Position numbers and translations under genes: made by a program
Part shown: piece after piece, positions 59,707 to 64,000 of the stretch
How the letters are laid out: every line of letters starts with the position of its first letter
Numbering within the stretch: position 1 is the stretch's first letter
The notes under the pieces: model-generated
Database searches by the model: none
Told to the model about the DNA's origin: nothing
What the model saw: the letters and a program-made list of their open reading frames with translations, nothing else
Assembly (NCBI GenBank): GCA_043806035.1
Contig: JAZDHK010000001.1
Location: 1 to 64,000 of the forward strand
Direction: 5' to 3'
DNA from: an archaeon
GTDB lineage: Archaea; Nanobdellota; Nanobdellia; Woesearchaeales; UBA9642
DNA length: 64,000 nt

Positions 59707-60254
59707 CCAAGAAGCTTTGCAATGGTCTCCCCTTTCATTTCACGGATCTCTTCCTTGCTCAGCCCCTCGAGCTCATGAGGGAAAATCAGCCAGGCATTCG
59801 TACGATGGATGTAATAATCGGGAATTCTCTTTGTCTTGTTGCGATCTGGCTTGTAATATACCGTCGCCACTCTTGTTTTCTCTGGAAAGTTCCTGCGCAT
59901 TTTATCCTGCAAGGTGCTAATGACTGCCTCGATACTCCTTCCCGAATCGAAGACATCATCAACGAGCAAGAGTGAGTTTTCTGCATTCGCGGTATCGATA
60001 ATGTAGTGCAGGCCATACACGGCGATCTCCTGTCTGATGCAGTCTATACCTTCATACGCTTCAGTGCGTATAGCTATGTGTTTTGACGCGTGGCCTTTGT
60101 ACGTGAAGAATTCCTGCACGGCAATCCCCACAGGAGTCCCTCCCCGCCAGATGCCTACAATGAAATCAGGAAGGAAGTTGTCGTCATAAATCCTTTTTGC
60201 CAACAGAAAAGAATCCTCAAGCAGACTCTGTGCCGAAATGGAGAGCTTGTCCAT
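59703..60254 (-). CDS. Type I phosphoribosyltransferase
   Basis: VGIWRGG, LLVDDVFDSGRS, WLIFPHE. Confidence 0.88.
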   Translation of the reverse strand: MDKLSISAQSLLEDSFLLAKRIYDDNFLPDFIVGIWRGGTPVGIAVQEFFTYKGHASKHIAIRTEAYEGIDCIRQEIAVYGLHYIIDTANAENSLLLVDDVFDSGRSIEAVISTLQDKMRRNFPEKTRVATVYYKPDRNKTKRIPDYYIHRTNAWLIFPHELEGLSKEEIREMKGETIAKLLG

Positions 60255-60322
60255 GCAAGGCGAGAATGTGCTTGAGTTTATATTCTTTGCCTGCTGCGAA
60301 GGATTACTTGGCAAGTGTTGCA

Positions 60323-60607
60323 TCATAGCTGAAATGCCAGCATCCATGCTTCGTAATCGGGCTGCCTAAACAAGTAGTCCACAAATTCCTTCTTCGAGAG
60401 GTTTTTCCTCTGCGCCTGGAATGCTATCTGACTGCTCATGCTCTCATACAACGTGCCCCGTGAGGGAACGGCAGCGCCCCATTCCAACAGAGCGCCTAGG
60501 AGAGAGGCATTGTCCACAGGGTTTGCTTGCTTATGCTCCTCTAGCCTCAATTCCAGATACGGCTTCAATTCGTCTTTCTGTTCCATGGCTGTTGTTTGAT
60601 TTGTCAC
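60323..60607 (-). CDS. Hypothetical protein
   Basis: 94-aa ORF. Confidence 0.45.
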   Translation of the reverse strand: MTNQTTAMEQKDELKPYLELRLEEHKQANPVDNASLLGALLEWGAAVPSRGTLYESMSSQIAFQAQRKNLSKKEFVDYLFRQPDYEAWMLAFQL

Positions 60608-60706
60608 GTTTTAAGTAAATTATGGTCATGAATACTCTATGCGCAAACATACGTTATCGAGAACACTCCTTTTTGCATCTTGTTTGAGTAGTGAAAAGGG
60701 CATGCT

Positions 60707-61084
60707 TTATGTATAGTTCTCCTCGAAGTCAGCAAGCAATTCCCGCAGTTCCTTCTGCGTCAGCAGCGTCTCAGGGTCAAAGGAGTCAACCTCTGTTCGA
60801 AAGCGTGAAAGTTCTTCTTGCTTGACTGCAGTCTTCATGGACTGCGCCAATGTATTGAGCATGATGTTGATGTGCTGCACATCTTCTCGTGCAGCGGCGA
60901 TGGCAGCATGCACTGCAGCAAGATCATCGCTGAACGTCTTGCTCTGCTCGAGCATCCGTTCCTGGCGCGACGTTTCCTCATCCAGCAGTGCCAATGCATC
61001 TTTATCCAGCGCCCCCGTCTGCTTGTCCACGCGAGCCAGCACGCTATTGAGCTGCATGATGTCATCAGGAGAGATTCGTGTCAT
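60707..61084 (-). CDS. Hypothetical coiled-coil protein
   Basis: Helical ORF; start uncertain. Confidence 0.6.
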   Translation of the reverse strand: MTRISPDDIMQLNSVLARVDKQTGALDKDALALLDEETSRQERMLEQSKTFSDDLAAVHAAIAAAREDVQHINIMLNTLAQSMKTAVKQEELSRFRTEVDSFDPETLLTQKELRELLADFEENYT

Positions 61085-61176
61085 GCCCTTCTTGTCGAAT
61101 TCCTGATTTATATACTTTCTGACAAGGTGAGGCAGTAACGGGCAACCTATCCGAGCACGCGCGAATACACTCTCTA

Positions 61177-63102
61177 ATGAGAACAAAAGGTTTTTATATC
61201 AGTAAGCTAAGAATTGCTCTCAAAAGGGGTGATTATGTGAATGATGATATAGTTCTTGTTCCTCCTCGGGCTCCATTGCTGCAGCCCCCTCAGAAGAAGG
61301 AAGGGTTCTTCCAGAATATCTTCAAGAAAAAAGAGCAGGACGTGCCTTTAGACAAGCCAACAGACCTGTCAACAGATCTGCCTCCGCTTCCCGCCATTCC
61401 AGAAGGCCAAACGGACATTGATACGAAACTGAGCGAGCTTGAGACGCTTGAGAAAAAACTTGACCAATCTCTCCCCAAAAAAGAGCAGAAGAAGAAAATA
61501 CAGAAACAAACGCCAAAACCTGTGCTTTCAGACATGCCTACATTGCCTCCCCTGCCTGAGATGGAAACCACGCAGCAAAAAGCCGTCAAGGAAAAGCCGC
61601 AAGAAATGGCACGAGAAGCAGTTCTTGAGAAGGCAGAACGGAAAGCAAAGGAAGAGAGCAAAAAATTCTCGCACCCCTATCCCGAGGAACATCCCAGCAA
61701 GAACAAGGATAACGTGCTGTTCCATCCACTGCCTGAAGTTCCTACAGCAGAAAAGAAGGAAAAGAGAGGATTCTGGGCCTGGCTTTTCAGCAAGAAAGCG
61801 CAACCAAAAGAGGAAGGCAACGTGCCCGAAATACCCGATGCTGAATTGACGAACCTGCCGCCGCTTCCTGCATTCGACATGCAAGAGCCTGAGACAAAGC
61901 TCATCATTCCCGAGCAGCTTCCCGAAGACGAGGTAGACACTGCCGTAGACGAGGCCATAGAACAATACTTCAATGACGTCGAAGCGGAAAAGGAGATGGT
62001 CAGGAAAGAGCTCGAGCGCATCATGACTGGAAAGAAACGCTCCAGCACATTCCTCACGAAAAACACCAAACGCCTCGACCAGCTCATGAAGAACATCAGC
62101 AAGATCAACAGCAAAAAATTCGCGTTGCGCTTCCAGGGGAAAGAAGGCAAGGTGAACAAGCGAGAATTCCTGCAATTCATCAAGCAGCTCGACCAGACAG
62201 AGAGGGAGCTTGCTTCCCTGCGCGACGAGGTCTTCGATCTCATCATGGACAACGTGCACGAAGAAGCATATGGCGACGTCCACGACATGATCCAAGAGAA
62301 GAAGGAAGAGCTCAGTGAGCAGCACAATGACATCAAGGAAAAACAGGCGTATGTCGACGAGAAGTTGCCGCAACTGGAGAAACGCGAGCAGAAACTTGAT
62401 GAGCGAGAACAACGTCTCACCCTCCGAGAGAATGACGTGAAGGAGCGAGAGAAGATGGTTACTGACCTGGTCCGCGAGAAAGTGGAACTTCTCGTCCAGA
62501 AACGTATGGTGCAGGAAGAACGCCGCATCCAGAAGATCAAGGACGATCTCGAGAAGGAAAAGATACAGCTCGCTATGGAAAAAACAAAACTCGAATCCAG
62601 CATGAAAGACCTGCAGGAGAAAGAGCACCATCTCGAGGAGGAGAATGCGGAATACGTGCAGCGCATGAAAGATCTCGAGGATTCCTTGGCAAAAATGAAA
62701 GCGGACTACGAACTCAAGCTCAAGGTGGCCAACGACCAGGCAGCCCAACTCGGCGAGCAGCTCAAAGCAGTAAATGTGTCCAAGGATGCTGTCAGGAGAT
62801 CACCAAAGCCAGAGAAAGATTTCCAAGGTTACCTACAGGAAAGCCTGAGGCAGATCCAGCCAGCCAGCATGAAACAGGAACCGCTGCCTGAGCCGCAACA
62901 AACGGAAAAGATATACCAACTCATCGACCAATGCAAGGACTGCATAGGGCAGGGAGATGTGTACAATGCGCAGAAGGCATACAATGATGCCAAGTCGGCA
63001 TTCTACACGTGCAACGTGCACGGCACGGAGAAGGCCATACTCTATAATACCCTGCGTGAGCTGTACGATGATATCCGGCTACTCCTGCTCGATCAAGACT
63101 AG
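61177..63102 (+). CDS. Large Pro/Glu/Lys-rich coiled-coil protein
   Basis: 641 aa; LPPLP repeats then long heptad region. Confidence 0.75.
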   Translation: MRTKGFYISKLRIALKRGDYVNDDIVLVPPRAPLLQPPQKKEGFFQNIFKKKEQDVPLDKPTDLSTDLPPLPAIPEGQTDIDTKLSELETLEKKLDQSLPKKEQKKKIQKQTPKPVLSDMPTLPPLPEMETTQQKAVKEKPQEMAREAVLEKAERKAKEESKKFSHPYPEEHPSKNKDNVLFHPLPEVPTAEKKEKRGFWAWLFSKKAQPKEEGNVPEIPDAELTNLPPLPAFDMQEPETKLIIPEQLPEDEVDTAVDEAIEQYFNDVEAEKEMVRKELERIMTGKKRSSTFLTKNTKRLDQLMKNISKINSKKFALRFQGKEGKVNKREFLQFIKQLDQTERELASLRDEVFDLIMDNVHEEAYGDVHDMIQEKKEELSEQHNDIKEKQAYVDEKLPQLEKREQKLDEREQRLTLRENDVKEREKMVTDLVREKVELLVQKRMVQEERRIQKIKDDLEKEKIQLAMEKTKLESSMKDLQEKEHHLEEENAEYVQRMKDLEDSLAKMKADYELKLKVANDQAAQLGEQLKAVNVSKDAVRRSPKPEKDFQGYLQESLRQIQPASMKQEPLPEPQQTEKIYQLIDQCKDCIGQGDVYNAQKAYNDAKSAFYTCNVHGTEKAILYNTLRELYDDIRLLLLDQD

Positions 63103-63228
63103 CGTTGCAGATACAGTGTTGTCGACTTGCTGCATCTGTCGATGCCCGTTACGCTGACCGCGAATTACTAGGGGGAATCTTCAACATCTTACAAAGTATG
63201 TTGTTTTGCAGACTGCAAGGACCGTGTC

Positions 63229-64000
63229 TTATCTGCACAGCATGGCACGGACGCTGCTTCCTTCAATGCGGAACTGCACGGGCAAGAATTTTTCTGTCAC
63301 GTAGATGTTGCTCAGGATGTGCTTCGTTATCTTCGACGTTGTTATTGTGTCCCCAGATAGTGCAAGGAAGGGAATGAGCTGGTCTGCAGTATATGCATCA
63401 ACAACAGCACCAGTGTTCAACTCGTCAAGCAATTGCTGTGCAGCTTCTTTGCCGACAATCTCGGCTTGCTTTCCTTGCTCGCCGAGCACGCTTGCACTCA
63501 CAAGCTGCGGCTGGTGAGGGTCAGTTCCCTCAGAGGAACCTCCTCTACTGACGAGCGTGATGCCGCTGCCTACGGAAGCAGTCACCCGATAACTTTCTTG
63601 CATACTGCACGGCTGTGCCAGCGTGAGCTTTGCCGCTTGTGCCTGCCTTTCAGCGACCCGTGTTTGAGCGAGTTCCTGGCTGGCATGGCTGCTGCCAACG
63701 ATGGAAAGAGTGGTTTGTTGACGTTCGAGAACGAACGGCAGGGTATGGGCAAGCGTTTCTTTGAACGCAGTGTGTTGCGCGAACACTGGCAGGAGCTGCT
63801 TTGCATGCGCATTCTCTTCCTGCAAGCGGTCCTTGAGCGGTTTCAGGGTGAGGGTGACTTCTCCCTGCCCTTTCGGATAGTAGCCTCGCTTGTACACCGT
63901 GCAGGAAATGTCAGCATATTTTCTCAAGTACGGGATCATGACGAGGATGAAATGATCGATAGGTGCAGACCAGGCAACATCCGTTCCCCCTTTGAGCCGG
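63229..64000 (-). CDS. rtcA: RNA 3'-terminal phosphate cyclase, 5' part outside the window
   Basis: GGTDVAWSAPID, KRGYYPKGQGEV, VAERQ, VDAYTADQLIPFLAL, HILSNIYV. Confidence 0.92.
   Translation of the reverse strand, partial: RLKGGTDVAWSAPIDHFILVMIPYLRKYADISCTVYKRGYYPKGQGEVTLTLKPLKDRLQEENAHAKQLLPVFAQHTAFKETLAHTLPFVLERQQTTLSIVGSSHASQELAQTRVAERQAQAAKLTLAQPCSMQESYRVTASVGSGITLVSRGGSSEGTDPHQPQLVSASVLGEQGKQAEIVGKEAAQQLLDELNTGAVVDAYTADQLIPFLALSGDTITTSKITKHILSNIYVTEKFLPVQFRIEGSSVRAMLCR

Overview
Archaeal DNA, most consistent with DPANN/Woesearchaeota: aIF6-pfdA-ftsY cluster, two intron-containing tRNAs, a histone-fold gene, rtcA and Lhr, mixed with bacterial-type genes (groESL, ispH, fused accA-accD, sigma-70, TonB, Ddl-like ligase). 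From about 15.2 kb onward it is mostly ordinary chromosome. The first 15 kb is an accessory region with two nested systems. (1) A diversity-generating retroelement (DGR): the RT has one in-frame TAG, TR is 2639-2729, and VR (5167-5254) lies inside a 1051-aa target gene rather than at its end. (2) An integron-like cassette array that I cannot match to a described system. Four directly repeated dif-like sites (211, 10434, 11160, 14065; ..TAA-CAGnnA-TTA..) separate AT-rich cassettes. The first 23-25 nt of each complete cassette are complementary to that cassette's own far end, in a conserved arm/loop/TTG/loop/arm layout. A catalytic-domain-only tyrosine recombinase, the DGR and an IS1182 sit inside the first cassette. 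All calls come from reading the sequence by eye; no database searches were run.
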